This document shows, piece by piece, positions 62,847 through 64,000 of a stretch of DNA of 64,000 nt. The stretch's first letter is position 1. Each line of letters opens with the position of its first letter. The notes below the pieces were generated by a model, which ran no database searches, was not told the DNA's origin, and worked only from the letters and a program-made list of their open reading frames with translations. The stretch covers positions 10,416,001 to 10,480,000 of the forward strand of contig OZ024765.1 of assembly GCA_964016885.1 (NCBI GenBank), given 5' to 3'. A program made the position numbers and the translations under genes. Source of the stretch: Eledone cirrhosa. Taxonomy: Eukaryota.

Positions 62847-63056
62847 GTACGTTATCGCTAGCTTTTGGAGTTCACATTATACCTTAGCTCGTTAGGATAA
62901 ATTAGCTAGGATAATTATACTTAATTATTGTGAATTCTTCATAAGAATATTTATATTTATATGTTTAATGTCTGGCTGAATATGCATGGGTGTTCTTTTT
63001 TTTTTTTTTTTTTTTTTCGTTCCCTCTTCTATTTCATCTTTCATTTCTCCTATCTT

Positions 63057-63085
63057 CTGATGAAGGACTAGTGTCCGAAATGTTA
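63057..63085 (+). ncRNA. Minimal type I hammerhead-like motif
   Basis: CTGATGA-a-GGAC-tagt-GTCC-GAAA-tg-TTA, with a perfect 4-bp stem II and a weak stem I. Confidence 0.55.
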
Positions 63086-63117
63086 AAACTCTTTCTCTAT
63101 TATTTCAAGTGTTAAAC

Positions 63118-63259
63118 CAGGCATGGGCAACCTTTGTGGCTCATCAGAAGACAGGCTGCGCTACTAAAACATTCAAAGCAGTTTTGAAATTAGGCATGAC
63201 ATTCAGAAAGCCAAATGGGCCCACATTGCAGTTCGTGTGTTGCAGTTTGCCCATGACTG
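63118..63259. mobile_element. hAT MITE
   Basis: CAGGCATGGGCAA ... TTGCCCATGACTG with a perfect 8-bp TSD tgttaaac. The empty site is present in the sister unit at about 63647. Confidence 0.92.
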
Positions 63260-63593
63260 TGTTAAACTAATATATTTCTTCCTTGTACTGTGTTGTTTGC
63301 TTTGTTATTTCTGTTTACTTTTTACATACATATGTATATATGTATGGTGTGTGTGTGTGAATATTTCTATTTTTGTGAAGTTCACGTTATACCATAGCTC
63401 GTTAAGATAAATTAGTTAGGATATTATACTTAAACATTATGAATTCTTGATAAGAATATTTATATTTATATATATATATAATGATTGTCTGAATATACAT
63501 GGGTGTTTTTTTTTCTTCTCATTTTTTCCCCTATTCCTTCCTTTTCTCACTCTCCATTTTTTTAATTTCATCTTTTATTTCTCATTCTGTCTT

Positions 63594-63622
63594 CTGATGA
63601 AGAACTTGTGTCCGAAACGTTG
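63594..63622 (+). ncRNA. Minimal hammerhead-like motif (probably inactive, G at the cleavage position)
   Basis: CTGATGA-a-gaac-ttgt-gtcc-GAAA-cg-TTG, with palindromic AACGTT at stem III. Confidence 0.45.
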
Positions 63623-64000
63623 AAACTATTTTCCTAGTATATCAAGTGTTAAACTAATATATTTCTTCATTGTACTGTCATTTGCTTTGTTATTCCTGTT
63701 TACTTTTTACACATATGTTTGTCCTGTGTGTGTTTGTGGTGGAGTTCATATTAAACTGTAGCTCGTTAAGATAAATTAGTCAGGATATTATACTTAACCA
63801 TTTTGAATTATTCATAAGAATATAACTCTATGTGTATATATGTATATACCGTATATTCTCGAATATAAGCTGATCTGAATATAAGCCCCCACCTCATTTT
63901 ATGCCTGAGAAATGGGCAAGAACCCAAATTCGTTTATAAGCCAAGCTAATCAACACATTGTTTAGATGGCAAATATAAGCCCCCCCCCCCCCCCCCCCCC

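Larger units (their letters stand above)
62870..63830 (+). repeat. About 360-bp tandem repeat (2 full units + 1 partial), each full unit carrying a hammerhead-like motif
   Basis: Unit starts gttcac/atta...agctcgtta.gataaattag at 62870, 63380 and 63744. The first unit is lengthened by a 150-bp hAT insertion. Confidence 0.85.

Overview
Eukaryotic, AT-rich and extremely repeat-dense animal DNA. The SINE/LINE/MITE repertoire suggests an octopod cephalopod, which is an inference. The window holds one real gene, on the + strand: 13 coding exons (14606-62846, about 4240 nt or 1413 codons, all GT-AG with consistent phases, 3' end beyond the window). It encodes the invertebrate ZMYM2/3/4 (Drosophila woc) orthologue, with an acidic N-terminus, tandem MYM/FCS zinc fingers, a PxP-rich segment and the start of the Crypton-derived DUF3504 domain. 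Everything else is intron or upstream DNA filled with RTE and CR1 LINE 3' fragments, tRNA-derived SINEs, piggyBac-like (TTAA), hAT (8-bp TSD) and Tc1/mariner-like MITEs, and kb-scale minisatellites. All the very long ORFs in the track are repeat artefacts. The main observations are: (1) one ~48-bp motif from an RTE LINE 3' UTR has seeded four separate kb-scale arrays, and its terminal palindrome a fifth; (2) four minimal hammerhead-ribozyme-like motifs, two in ~360-bp tandem units sense to the pre-mRNA (retrozyme/Penelope-like); (3) fold-back hairpins sharing a tail motif; (4) tandem arrays next to nearly every exon; (5) in-window filled/empty site pairs and a LINE-SINE shared tail.
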